This document shows, one piece after another, positions 17,361-27,913 of a stretch of 38,498 nucleotides of DNA. The DNA comes from Terriglobales bacterium (GTDB lineage Bacteria; Acidobacteriota; Terriglobia; Terriglobales; SCQP01). Position numbers and translations under genes: made by a program. The notes under the pieces are model-generated. The model was given only the letters and a program-made list of their open reading frames with translations, was not told where the DNA came from and searched no databases. Positions within the stretch are counted from its first letter, which is position 1. The number at the start of each line of letters is the position of its first letter. The stretch lies in assembly GCA_050745525.1 (NCBI GenBank), contig JBOGKL010000441.1, positions 1 to 38,498 of the forward strand. The letters are read 5' to 3'.

Positions 17361-18520
17361 GCCCATCCCACGTCATCGTCGTCGGCGCAGGCATCGTAGG
17401 CGCGGCCTGCGCCGATGCCTGCGCGCGCGCCGGCATGCAGGTCACCGTAGTTGAGGCCTCCGGCATCGGCGGCGGCGCCACCGCCGCTGGCATGGGCCAC
17501 CTCGTGGTGATGGACGATTCGCCCGCGCTGCTCGCCCTGACCTCCCGCTCCGTCCAGCTCTGGCGCGCGCTCGCGCCCCAGTTGCCCACCGCCGCCGAGT
17601 ACATGCCCTGCGGCACCATCTGGGTCGCCTCCGACGCCATGGAAATGGAGGAGGCCGCGCGCAAGCTCGCCCGCTACCGCGAGCACGATATTGAAGCGGC
17701 GATGCTCGATGCCCCCGCTCTCGCCCGCCAGGAACCGCACCTGCGCAAGGGCTTGGCCGGAGGCCTGCTCGTCCCCGGCGATTCGGTCCTCTATCCGCCC
17801 GTGGCGGCCGGGTTTCTGCTCGCCCGCTCGGGCGTCACCGTGCGCCTCGGAGCCCGCGTCGTCTCGCTCGGCCAGGGCGTGGTCCGCCTCCACGACGGCT
17901 CCATTCTGCGCGCTCCGGCCATCCTCAACGCCACCGGCGTCGCCGCCGCCTCGCTCACCCCCGGCCTGCCCGTGCGCGCCCGCATGGGCCACCTGCTGAT
18001 CACGCAAAGCTATCCCGGATGGCTGCGCCATCAGCTCGTCGAGCTCGGCTACTGCAAAAGCGCCCACGATCAGCAGGAAGAATCGGTGGCCTTCAACGCC
18101 CAGCCCCGCGCCACCGGCCAGGTCCTGATCGGCTCCTCGCGCCAGTTCGTGGCCAACACCCAAGCCGCCCTCATGGATCGCTCGATGCTGGCGCGCATGC
18201 TCCGCCGCGCCCAGTTGTACATGCCCACGCTCGCCGGCTTGAGCGCCCTGCGCACCTGGACCGGCTTCCGCGCCGCCACCCCCGACGCGTTGCCGCTCAT
18301 CGGACCCTCGCCCGCCGATCCCTCCCTCTGGCTCGCCACCGGACACGAAGGCCTCGGCATCACCACCGCCCTCGCTACCGCCGAACTCCTTGCCGCGCTG
18401 CTTTCCGGCGCCCCCGCGCCGATAGCCCCCGAGCCCTATTTCCCCGCGCGCTTCCTCGAAACCCCGCACCGCTTAGCCACGGCGCAGTCAGCCAAAGACG
18501 CATATGCTCATCACGATTGA
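17357..18520 (+). CDS. lhpB: FAD-dependent oxidoreductase (DAO family), probable D-hydroxyproline dehydrogenase beta subunit
   Basis: N-terminal [28 protein letters not shown] dinucleotide fold and a C-terminal [10 protein letters not shown] motif typical of DAO/HcnC/OoxB-like enzymes. The start overlaps the epimerase stop (ATGA). Confidence 0.8.
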   Translation: MSPSHVIVVGAGIVGAACADACARAGMQVTVVEASGIGGGATAAGMGHLVVMDDSPALLALTSRSVQLWRALAPQLPTAAEYMPCGTIWVASDAMEMEEAARKLARYREHDIEAAMLDAPALARQEPHLRKGLAGGLLVPGDSVLYPPVAAGFLLARSGVTVRLGARVVSLGQGVVRLHDGSILRAPAILNATGVAAASLTPGLPVRARMGHLLITQSYPGWLRHQLVELGYCKSAHDQQEESVAFNAQPRATGQVLIGSSRQFVANTQAALMDRSMLARMLRRAQLYMPTLAGLSALRTWTGFRAATPDALPLIGPSPADPSLWLATGHEGLGITTALATAELLAALLSGAPAPIAPEPYFPARFLETPHRLATAQSAKDAYAHHD

Positions 18521-19979
18521 TGGTCGCAAAGTAGACGTCCAACCCGGCGTCACCGTGGCCGCCGCCGTCGTCGCCGCCGCGGGCTCAACCCGCCGCTCCG
18601 TGCGCGGCGAGGCGCGCGCCCCGCTGTGCGCCATGGGCACCTGCTTTGAGTGCCGCGTCACCATCAACGGCCGCGCCCACCAGCGCGGCTGCCAGATCCA
18701 AGCCGCACCCGGCATGGATATTGCGACAACTGTAGTACCAGAGTGCAGCGACATCTCCCTCGGCCACGGCCACCGCGCCGCCGATGTGGTCATCGTCGGC
18801 GCGGGTCCGGCCGGCCTGGCTGCGGCCGCCGCCGTGGTTAATGCCGGCCGCCGTGCCATCGTTGTGGACGACAACCCTGCCGCCGGCGGCCAAATCTGGC
18901 GCGCCGGCGCGCCGCCGCTTTCCCCCAGCATCGAGCTCCACTGCCGCACGCGCATCGTGGATCAGCCCGCCGCGGGCCTGCTGCGCGCGGAAACTCCCGA
19001 CGGCATCGCCGATTTCGCTTTCAACTCGCTCGTCCTGGCCACCGGCGCGCGCGAGCGCTTTCTCCCCTTTCCTGGCTGGACCCTCCCGCACGTCCTCGGC
19101 GCCGGAGGCTTGCAGGCCATGGTGAAAGGCGGCTTGCCCATTTCTGGCAGGCGCGTGGTCGTGGCCGGCACCGGACCGCTATTGCCGCTCGTCGCCGCCT
19201 ACTTGCGCCAGCACGGCGCCACGATTCTCGCCATCTGCGAGCAGGCGGAGGCGAAGGCGATGATGCAGTTCCTGCCGCAGTTGCCCCCGTCCAAGGTCCT
19301 CGAGCTGATGAAACTCGCTCCGGTGCTGGCCGGCATCCCGGTCTGGACCAGCACCTGGCCAATCGAGGCGCAACCAGGCGAGGTGACGCTAAGCCGCTGG
19401 GGCAAGCCCAAGCGCCTCGCCTGCGATTATCTGGCCTGCGGCTTTCATCTGGTACCCAACGTCGAGATGGCGCTGTTGCTCGGCTGCGCCATGCAGAACG
19501 GATGCGTGGTGGTCAACGACCGCCAGCAAACAAACGTCGCCGGCGTTTACTGCGCTGGCGAGCCGACCGGCGTCGGAGGAGTCGAGCTGGCGCAGGCGGA
19601 AGGCACGATCGCCGGATTAGCGGCCGCGGGCGTGCCCCTCGATGACCCCCGCTACAAAAAGCCGCGCAAGCGCCGCGACCTCTACCGCCGCTTTGCCGAG
19701 CGACTCGACGAGGTCTGCCGCCTGCGTCCCGAGCTGCGCGACATGCCCACGGCCGACACCATCGTCTGCCGCTGCGAAGACGTCACCTGGGGCCAGCTCA
19801 CCTCCCACCCCGACGCGCGCGCCGCCAAGCTCCTCACCCGCTGCGGCATGGGCCCTTGTCAGGGCCGCGTCTGCGCCACCGCCTGCGAATTTCTCCTGGG
19901 CTGGTCCGCTCCCGCCGTCCGCCCCCCGCTTTACCCCGCCCCCGTCGCCGCCCTCGCCGCATCGGCGGACGCCAAATAG
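18504..19979 (+). CDS. Fused 2Fe-2S ferredoxin-like domain plus pyridine-nucleotide-disulfide oxidoreductase with BFD-like 2Fe-2S domain (HcnA-HcnB / LhpF-LhpE-like)
   Basis: Residues 1-~85 ([20 protein letters not shown]...CAMGTCFECRVTINGRAHQRGCQ) look like the small 2Fe-2S subunit. They are followed by DVVIVGAGPAGLAAA and VVVAGTGPLLPLVA Rossmann motifs and a Cys cluster CRCEDVTW...CGMGPCQGRVC (BFD-like). The start overlaps the lhpB stop by 17 nt. Confidence 0.75.
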   Translation: MLITIDGRKVDVQPGVTVAAAVVAAAGSTRRSVRGEARAPLCAMGTCFECRVTINGRAHQRGCQIQAAPGMDIATTVVPECSDISLGHGHRAADVVIVGAGPAGLAAAAAVVNAGRRAIVVDDNPAAGGQIWRAGAPPLSPSIELHCRTRIVDQPAAGLLRAETPDGIADFAFNSLVLATGARERFLPFPGWTLPHVLGAGGLQAMVKGGLPISGRRVVVAGTGPLLPLVAAYLRQHGATILAICEQAEAKAMMQFLPQLPPSKVLELMKLAPVLAGIPVWTSTWPIEAQPGEVTLSRWGKPKRLACDYLACGFHLVPNVEMALLLGCAMQNGCVVVNDRQQTNVAGVYCAGEPTGVGGVELAQAEGTIAGLAAAGVPLDDPRYKKPRKRRDLYRRFAERLDEVCRLRPELRDMPTADTIVCRCEDVTWGQLTSHPDARAAKLLTRCGMGPCQGRVCATACEFLLGWSAPAVRPPLYPAPVAALAASADAK

Positions 19980-19995
19980 CTAGGACCGGCGCCAA

Positions 19996-20343
19996 TCAAT
20001 CCTCCGGCTCCGTTAGCAGCGCCTCCGCCTCACGCATAAGAACCGGCAAGTCGTCGTGTACAGCAGTCCATACCGCGCTTGCCTCAACGGCCGAATAGGC
20101 GTGGATGAGAAGGTTACGGAACGCGATAATGTCGCGATATTCCGATATCCGCCCGGCAACCTCGGGCTGCTCTCGCGCCAACCGCACCATCGCCTCGCCG
20201 ATGATCCCGAACTCCCGCTCCACGGCCGCGCGGAGCTGCGGATCACCCTCGAAGCTCGCGAAATCCCGCTCGCCCAGGAAATCCAACAGCAGGCGCCCCG
20301 CGTGCACAATGTCGTGCAGGTACTTCTTTGCTCTAACCTGCAT
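19996..20343 (-). CDS. hepT: HepT-like HEPN ribonuclease toxin (DUF86)
   Basis: 115 aa from ATG 20343. The R-x4-H HEPN motif is in IIAFRNLLIHAY. It overlaps the upstream nucleotidyltransferase gene by 11 nt. The ORF-track N-terminal extension runs over the mntA gene in another frame. Confidence 0.85.
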   Translation of the reverse strand: MQVRAKKYLHDIVHAGRLLLDFLGERDFASFEGDPQLRAAVEREFGIIGEAMVRLAREQPEVAGRISEYRDIIAFRNLLIHAYSAVEASAVWTAVHDDLPVLMREAEALLTEPED

Positions 20344-20641
20344 ACAGAAGCGTGCGCGTTTCGTCCACGGTTCGCTGAAAATATGGGTTTTCGAACGGTT
20401 TGTCGGAAACGAGATCCACACGTCGCCCGAAGAGCCCCTCCAGCGATTCCAACAGCCCGAAATAGGCGCGGCCGTATCGCAGGGGATCGGACTCGGCAAA
20501 CCTCACTAAAAAATCCAGGTCACTGCGGTTCGGGTCAAACTTCGTCCCCGTGGCTGAGCCGAACAGCTCCAGACGGCTGACGCGAAACCGGCGGCACAAT
20601 TCCTCAATTTCCGCCCGCTTCTCCGCCACCATCGGGTGCAT
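20333..20641 (-). CDS. mntA: MntA-like minimal nucleotidyltransferase antitoxin
   Basis: 102 aa. The motif LFGSATGTKFDPNRSDLDFLV (GS...DxD) is typical of MNT-family nucleotidyltransferases paired with HEPN toxins. The start is ATG 20641 or ATG 20632. Confidence 0.85.
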   Translation of the reverse strand: MHPMVAEKRAEIEELCRRFRVSRLELFGSATGTKFDPNRSDLDFLVRFAESDPLRYGRAYFGLLESLEGLFGRRVDLVSDKPFENPYFQRTVDETRTLLYAG

Positions 20642-20735
20642 GCCCTTAGGTTCGCACAGAAAGCTCAAGCTCGGCGCCCAGCGCGGCCGCCAGGTTGCTG
20701 CGGGCGCAGCTTGCCGCTCCTTGCGCTCGGACATA

Positions 20736-20753
20736 AGTAGCCCCGCGGCTACT
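20736..20753. promoter_or_regulatory. Inverted repeat AGTAGCC-N4-GGCTACT in the divergent region between mntA and the small ORF
   Basis: Perfect 7-bp arms with a 4-nt spacer, 17 nt upstream of a perfect TATAAT hexamer. Candidate operator. Confidence 0.3.
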
Positions 20754-20769
20754 CCGCGCCAGCCCGTCC

Positions 20770-20775
20770 TATAAT
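20770..20775 (+). promoter_or_regulatory. Candidate -10 hexamer TATAAT for the 20845..21229 cassette
   Basis: Perfect consensus hexamer in a GC-rich background, about 70 nt upstream of ATG 20845. That ATG has a GGAG 9 nt upstream. No convincing -35 element. Confidence 0.35.
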
Positions 20776-20844
20776 CAGGGCGTGCGCGGACCAGCACAGG
20801 CGGGCGATGACGCATTGCGGGATACTTCCCCGGAGATTCGCGAA

Positions 20845-21057
20845 ATGCAGTTTGCCCGTTGGCGGCAAATGACGCCGGCAGAAAAGCTGGCCCAGACCGA
20901 TATGCTGCGGGCCAGCGTGCTGCATTTGGCGCGCATCGGCCTGCGCATGCGCTATCCGGCCGCTAGCGAGCGGGAGATCTTTCTGCGCGGGGCCGAGCTT
21001 TCCCTCGGCCCCGCGCTGGCGCGCACGGTCTATCCCGAGATCACCTGGCCGGCATGA
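20845..21057 (+). CDS. Small helical protein of unknown function, partner of the downstream nucleotidyltransferase remnant
   Basis: 70 aa from ATG 20845 (MQFARWRQMTPAEKL...), preceded by GGAG. The stop overlaps the next ATG (ATGA). The ORF-track GTG at 20782 sits immediately after the TATAAT box and is less likely. Confidence 0.55.
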   Translation: MQFARWRQMTPAEKLAQTDMLRASVLHLARIGLRMRYPAASEREIFLRGAELSLGPALARTVYPEITWPA

Positions 21058-21229
21058 GCGCGCCATACCGGGATACCGCCGCGGTGGCGCTGCTCGTCGG
21101 CGCGGCACTCGAGGCCTGCGGCATCCGCTACGCCATCGGAGGCTCGCTCGCCTGGACCGCGCTTATCTCGAGGCCCAGGCTGCGACGCTTGGCGTCGCCG
21201 ATCTGCTGACGCGGGCCCTGGAGACGTAA
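21054..21229 (+). pseudogene. Remnant of a nucleotidyltransferase-family gene with an internal deletion and frame change
   Basis: ATG 21054 opens MSAPYRDTAAVALLVGAALEACGIRYAIGGSLAW, an N-terminus typical of small nucleotidyltransferases. The frame then degenerates to a stop at 21207-21209. From 21164 a different frame reads YLEAQAATLGVADLLTRALET-stop (21227-21229), which looks like the C-terminus of the same family. The catalytic core between the two pieces is missing. Confidence 0.55.
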
Positions 21230-21318
21230 GCACGCCGCCGACATCCGTCCACACCGTCCAGTGCCCGACGGAGACCCCGCCTTGGTACGCTACCCAGGCC
21301 CGTCCGCAACGAACCAGC

Positions 21319-21744
21319 CTATTCGGAAGAGGCCGGCAGCAGCGGAAACCCCTCTTTTGTGGCTGCGGTGCGCAAGCGCTCGTCCAGACACACAAACGGG
21401 AGTGTCACAGGCCGATATTGCGCCGCAAGGATGGCCGCCGCCAACTGCAATGCGTCGGCCGCGCGCAGCGGATGCACCCGCACCAGGCGAATGGCAAGAG
21501 CTTTGATTTCTTCCCCGGGCGCGATCACGCTCCAGCCGCGTTGCGCCTGCTCCAAAATGCCGTACAGCACGGCAAAGCCGGCCCCTTGCCGTCCGTTACG
21601 TTCCAGCCGCGCCAGCGCCGAGGCGCACTCCACTCCACTTGCCCACCAGACCACAATGTCCTCCGGCGGGAACTGCCGCAGCTCCGCCGATCGCTCCTCA
21701 TGCACCAGCAATGGAATCAGCGCCGAACTGTCCCAGAATCTCAC
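21319..21744 (-). CDS. vapC: PIN-domain toxin VapC
   Basis: 141 aa. Acidic PIN residues are in the expected order (D5 in FWDSSAL, E in GVECASA, D in RAADALQLA, D in CLDERL). The GTG start overlaps the antitoxin stop (GTGA). Confidence 0.85.
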   Translation of the reverse strand: MRFWDSSALIPLLVHEERSAELRQFPPEDIVVWWASGVECASALARLERNGRQGAGFAVLYGILEQAQRGWSVIAPGEEIKALAIRLVRVHPLRAADALQLAAAILAAQYRPVTLPFVCLDERLRTAATKEGFPLLPASSE

Positions 21745-22037
21745 CGGCCCTCATCCCGCTCCTCGAGCAGGGCTTGCAGCACGGAGGCGCCCTTCGGCAG
21801 TTTGACCAGCGGGCGCGTATAGAAGTCGCGCGGCAGCGGCTCGCTGGCGGGCATCAGTACGCCCCGCCGCTCCAAATCCGCGATGCGTCCCTCCTGTTCG
21901 GCCGCTGCACTAAAGTCGGTCGCCTCCAGCCGCGCCACCGGACGGCCCCGGTCGAGGATCACTACCGGCCCGCCACGCAAGCCGTCAATCAGCTTGCTCA
22001 GGTTATTCTTGGCATCCGTGATACTGGCCGTTTTCAC
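21741..22037 (-). CDS. vapB: Phd/YefM-type antitoxin (VapB)
   Basis: 98 aa. The N-terminus MKTASITDAKNNLSKLIDGLRGGPVVILDRGRPVARL is characteristic of Phd/YefM antitoxins. It lies directly upstream of, and overlaps, vapC. Confidence 0.85.
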   Translation of the reverse strand: MKTASITDAKNNLSKLIDGLRGGPVVILDRGRPVARLEATDFSAAAEQEGRIADLERRGVLMPASEPLPRDFYTRPLVKLPKGASVLQALLEERDEGR

Positions 22038-22065
22038 AAAGCCATTATAGCTTGAACGCCCGCGG

Positions 22066-24543
<2,478 letters not shown>

Positions 24544-24667
24544 TCAGGCCCGGATTCTTGCTCAAAAGGCCTAGTTCAGAATAGCACGCGGAGCCGCGTT
24601 TTCCAAGCCCTGGAGGCGCTCTAAGTACATGAAAAATCAGAGCCTTGCCCCGCCCGGCCCCGGTCTG

Positions 24668-25810
24668 TCAGATGCGCATCGGCATGACCACGTAACGGTA
24701 GTTCTTCCCCTCCGCGCTCGCCGGGCGCAACTGCGCCGCCGAGGACTCGTCCTTGAACTCCAGCAAGATCGCTTCCTCGTCCACCACCTGCAGAAAATCC
24801 TCCAGGTAGACGGCGTTGAACCCGATCACCGCCGCTTCCCCGTCGTAGTCGCTGTCGAGCTCCTCCTCGGATTCCCCCATGTCGCTGCTCGAGGCCGTCA
24901 GCACCACCTTGCCCGCCTCAATCCGCACCCGGATCGCGTGCGAGCGCTCGTCGGCAAATTGCGCCACGCGCGCAATCGAGGCCGCGAACTCCTCCCGCGG
25001 CAGCGTCAGCGAGCGCAGTTGCGCCTTGGGCAGCACGGCTTCGTAGTTGGGGAACTGTCCCGTCAGCTTGCGCACGCTCAGCAACCGCGTCGCCCCGGCC
25101 TCGCCGGCGCCGGCCACGCGGAAATACAAGTGCGTCTCATCCTGCGCAAACTCGATCGGCGCCTCATCCTCCAGCGCCTCGATCATGCTCGCCAGCTCGC
25201 CCATCGCCTTTCTCGGCACCAGCGCCTTGATCTCCCCGCTTACTCCTCCCAGCGTCAGCCCTTCCTGCACGATGTGCGCCAGCCGGTGCCCGTCGGTCGT
25301 GACCAGCGCCAGCGAGGTCGGCTTCAGCACCATCAGCGCCCCGTTCAGCGTGTAGCGCGACTCCTCGCTGGCCACGGCGAAGATCGTCTTCGCGATCATC
25401 GCCTTCAGCGGTCCGGCCGGCAAGCGCAGGGCGCCGGTCGAGGGAAACGCCGCCAGCTCGGGGAAATTCTCCCGCGACATGCCCACCATGCGCGTGTTCG
25501 CCCGCCCGCAGCGCAGCGACACCCAGTGGTTCTCCAGCCGCTTCAAGGTGATGGTGGCGTCGGGCAGCAGCTTGACGTAGTCGAGCAGCTTGCGCGCCGG
25601 TAGCGCGCAGGCGCCGCTTTTTTTCACCGTCGCCGCGCACCCCGTCTCCAGCCCCAGCTCCAGGTCCGTCGCCGCCAGCAGCAGACGCCCCTCCGGCGTC
25701 GCCTCCGCCAGGATGTTGGCCAGAATCGGAATCGTAGTCTTGCGCTCGACCGCCCCCTGCAGCAGCAACAGCTCTTTCAGCAGATCAAATTTGCGTACCG
25801 TGATTTCCAT
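24668..25810 (-). CDS. dnaN: DNA polymerase III beta sliding clamp
   Basis: 380 aa. The N-terminus MEITVRKFDLLKELLLLQGAVERKTTIPILANILAEA and the three-domain length are typical of DnaN. Confidence 0.95.
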   Translation of the reverse strand: MEITVRKFDLLKELLLLQGAVERKTTIPILANILAEATPEGRLLLAATDLELGLETGCAATVKKSGACALPARKLLDYVKLLPDATITLKRLENHWVSLRCGRANTRMVGMSRENFPELAAFPSTGALRLPAGPLKAMIAKTIFAVASEESRYTLNGALMVLKPTSLALVTTDGHRLAHIVQEGLTLGGVSGEIKALVPRKAMGELASMIEALEDEAPIEFAQDETHLYFRVAGAGEAGATRLLSVRKLTGQFPNYEAVLPKAQLRSLTLPREEFAASIARVAQFADERSHAIRVRIEAGKVVLTASSSDMGESEEELDSDYDGEAAVIGFNAVYLEDFLQVVDEEAILLEFKDESSAAQLRPASAEGKNYRYVVMPMRI

Positions 25811-25845
25811 GGCTGCCCCTACCCCGGATGCGTAAAAACCGTCTC

Positions 25846-25851
25846 ATTGTA
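25846..25851 (-). promoter_or_regulatory. Candidate -10 hexamer TACAAT upstream of dnaN
   Basis: The minus strand reads CTGCTACAATGAGACGG about 36 nt upstream of the dnaN ATG. No clear -35 element. Confidence 0.3.
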
Positions 25852-25876
25852 GCAGGGTGCGCCCTCACCGGCCCCC

Positions 25877-26596
25877 TCACATTTGCGGCGTAACCACGGA
25901 GGCGCCGGGAAAGGAGGTCGAGAACACCCCCGAGGGCAGCTTCGCATTCACCTCGATATGAGTTAGTCGCAGCAGATGATAGTCCCCCCCCGGCTGCCAT
26001 ATCTTCTGCTGCATGCCAATCCAGGTCTTGGGGTCGTACCAGAGGTCGAGGCGCGTGAGCTTGTCGGCCAGCGAGCGGGAGCGCGGGCGCAGCGTCAGCT
26101 CCACCGCCGCCTGGCCGTCCAGTGTTGTGGCCGGGTCCAGGCTGACCTCGAAACTATGCGTCAGGTCGGCGCCGGTTGCCCCCATCCCCAGCAAAAGATA
26201 CGCGTTCACATCGCCGGGCTTGGCTCCCAGCTTGTAGCGGATCACCTGGTGCGCGCTGGGCGTGTACACATACGCCGTGTGCCCCGTGTAGAGGAGCTTT
26301 TTGGCGCTGTCGGTGGGCGTGGTCAAGTCCAACACGTAGCGCGGCCCCTTCCGCTCGCGCTCAAAGTACAAATGCCCCGAGCTCTTGGCCGCTTGCGCAA
26401 TCAGCGCCGTGTAGTCGGTCACGGTCGCATCGGCGCTGACGGAATGAATGCCCGGAGCGGCGCGCGTCAGCGCCCCGAGCACCTCCGGCAGCGTCCAAGC
26501 CGCGGCCGGCGCGCTCCGCGCCCCCAGCAAGGCCACTAAGCAAAGCGCCAAAAAGCCCAGCGCCACCAGGCTGAGCAGCCCCGTCGCCCGCTTCAC
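25877..26596 (-). CDS. LolA-like outer-membrane lipoprotein-sorting / carrier family protein
   Basis: About 239 aa from GTG 26596 ([26 protein letters not shown] signal or anchor). The body (GHLYFERERKGPRYVLDLTTP...LLYTGHTAYVYTP...RLDLWYDPKTW...IEVNAKLPSGVF) fits the LolA/RseB-like half-barrel pattern. The GTG overlaps the stop of the upstream small ORF (GTGA). Confidence 0.65.
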   Translation of the reverse strand: MKRATGLLSLVALGFLALCLVALLGARSAPAAAWTLPEVLGALTRAAPGIHSVSADATVTDYTALIAQAAKSSGHLYFERERKGPRYVLDLTTPTDSAKKLLYTGHTAYVYTPSAHQVIRYKLGAKPGDVNAYLLLGMGATGADLTHSFEVSLDPATTLDGQAAVELTLRPRSRSLADKLTRLDLWYDPKTWIGMQQKIWQPGGDYHLLRLTHIEVNAKLPSGVFSTSFPGASVVTPQM

Positions 26597-26802
26597 GGCT
26601 CCCGCCGCGGCGGCAGTTGCGGAAAAACGTGCTGCACCACGATCGCCGTCCGCGCCGGCCTGCGCGGCTGGTCGTGGAACCAGGCGCGCGGCACCAGGAA
26701 GATGAAGGCCAGAATCACCCCCACCATGATGTCGTACTCGAGGCTCCCGCGCGGATAGCTCCACCACAGAAACGAGGCGAATCGGTGCTTCAGCCCGCTC
26801 AT
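26593..26802 (-). CDS. Small single-pass membrane protein, hypothetical
   Basis: 69 aa with one hydrophobic helix ([17 protein letters not shown]). Third-position GC is high. It is tightly packed, 10 nt after aroF, with its stop coupled to the lolA-like start. Confidence 0.5.
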   Translation of the reverse strand: MSGLKHRFASFLWWSYPRGSLEYDIMVGVILAFIFLVPRAWFHDQPRRPARTAIVVQHVFPQLPPRREP

Positions 26803-26812
26803 ACCGAGAATC

Positions 26813-27871
26813 CTATAGCGAAACCGCCGGCACCGGCACCGGCAGCGGCTCGAGCAGTCCCCGGTTGAGCACCGGCGCGATCTGCCGCACCGATTGCATC
26901 AGCTCGGCGAACTGCTCCGGGTACAGCGATTGCATCCCGTCGCTCAGGGCCGCCTCCGGCTGTGGATGCACCTCGATGATCAATCCGTCGGCCCCGACCG
27001 CCACCGCCGCCCGGGCGAGAGGGATCACCTTGTTGCGCTTGCCCGTGCCGTGGCTCGGGTCCACCAGGATGGGCAAATGGCTCAGCCGCTGCACCGCCGG
27101 CACAATGCTCAGATCCAGCGTGTTGCGCGTGTGGTCGGCGAACGTGCGGATGCCCCGCTCGCAGAGCGCCACCCGGTAGTTGCCCTCGCTCATGATGTAT
27201 TCGGCCGCTTGCAGCAGCTCATCGAGCGTGGCCGCCAGTCCCCGCTTCAGCAGCACCGGCCGCGCACCCCGGCCCACCCGCTTCAGCAGGGCGTAATTTT
27301 GCATGTTCCGGGCTCCGATCTGCACCACGTCGGCGTAGCGCTCGACCAGCGCCAGCGAGCGCTCATCCACCGCCTCGGTCACAATCAGCAGCCCGAAGTG
27401 CTCGCGCACCTCGGCCAGCAGCTTCAGCCCTTCCTCTTCGAGCCCTTGAAACGAGTAGGGCGAGGTGCGCGGCTTGAACGCCCCGCCCCGGAAAAAATGC
27501 GCCCCCGCCGCCGCTACCGCCGCCGCCGCGGCAAACGTCTGGTCTCTGGTTTCCACCGCGCACGGCCCGGCAATGATCGCCAGCTCCGGCCCGCCAATCG
27601 TGGCCGCATAGCCGGCGAACCGTATCACGGTCGTATCCGGCTTCAGCTCGCGGCTCACCAACTTGTACGGCTTGGTGACGATGATGACCTCGGCCACGCC
27701 CGGCATTTCCTCAAACGCCGCCGGCTCGACCGCCCCCTGGTTCCCGGTAATGCCAATCGCCGTGCGCATCGCCCCCGGCATCGCGTGCGGACGGAAGCCG
27801 AAGGTCGAAATGCGGGCGCACACCGCCTGTACCTGGTCGTCCGTCGCCGACGGCTGCATGACGATGAGCAT
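26813..27871 (-). CDS. aroF: 3-deoxy-7-phosphoheptulonate (DAHP) synthase, type I-beta with an N-terminal ferredoxin-like regulatory domain
   Basis: 352 aa. The N-terminal ~70 aa ([29 protein letters not shown]...) resemble the regulatory domain. The catalytic barrel has [33 protein letters not shown] and VDPSHGTG motifs. Confidence 0.9.
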   Translation of the reverse strand: MLIVMQPSATDDQVQAVCARISTFGFRPHAMPGAMRTAIGITGNQGAVEPAAFEEMPGVAEVIIVTKPYKLVSRELKPDTTVIRFAGYAATIGGPELAIIAGPCAVETRDQTFAAAAAVAAAGAHFFRGGAFKPRTSPYSFQGLEEEGLKLLAEVREHFGLLIVTEAVDERSLALVERYADVVQIGARNMQNYALLKRVGRGARPVLLKRGLAATLDELLQAAEYIMSEGNYRVALCERGIRTFADHTRNTLDLSIVPAVQRLSHLPILVDPSHGTGKRNKVIPLARAAVAVGADGLIIEVHPQPEAALSDGMQSLYPEQFAELMQSVRQIAPVLNRGLLEPLPVPVPAVSL

Positions 27872-27913
27872 CGCTCGAAGGGTCCTTCACCCCAGTGTAG
27901 CCGCTAAAGCGGG

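Noticed and set aside
19980-22065. The TA islet as a mobile element or integrated prophage remnant
   Set aside because: I saw no integrase, transposase, tRNA attachment site, terminal inverted repeats or flanking direct repeats. It is treated as an accretion of TA cassettes rather than as a defined mobile element.
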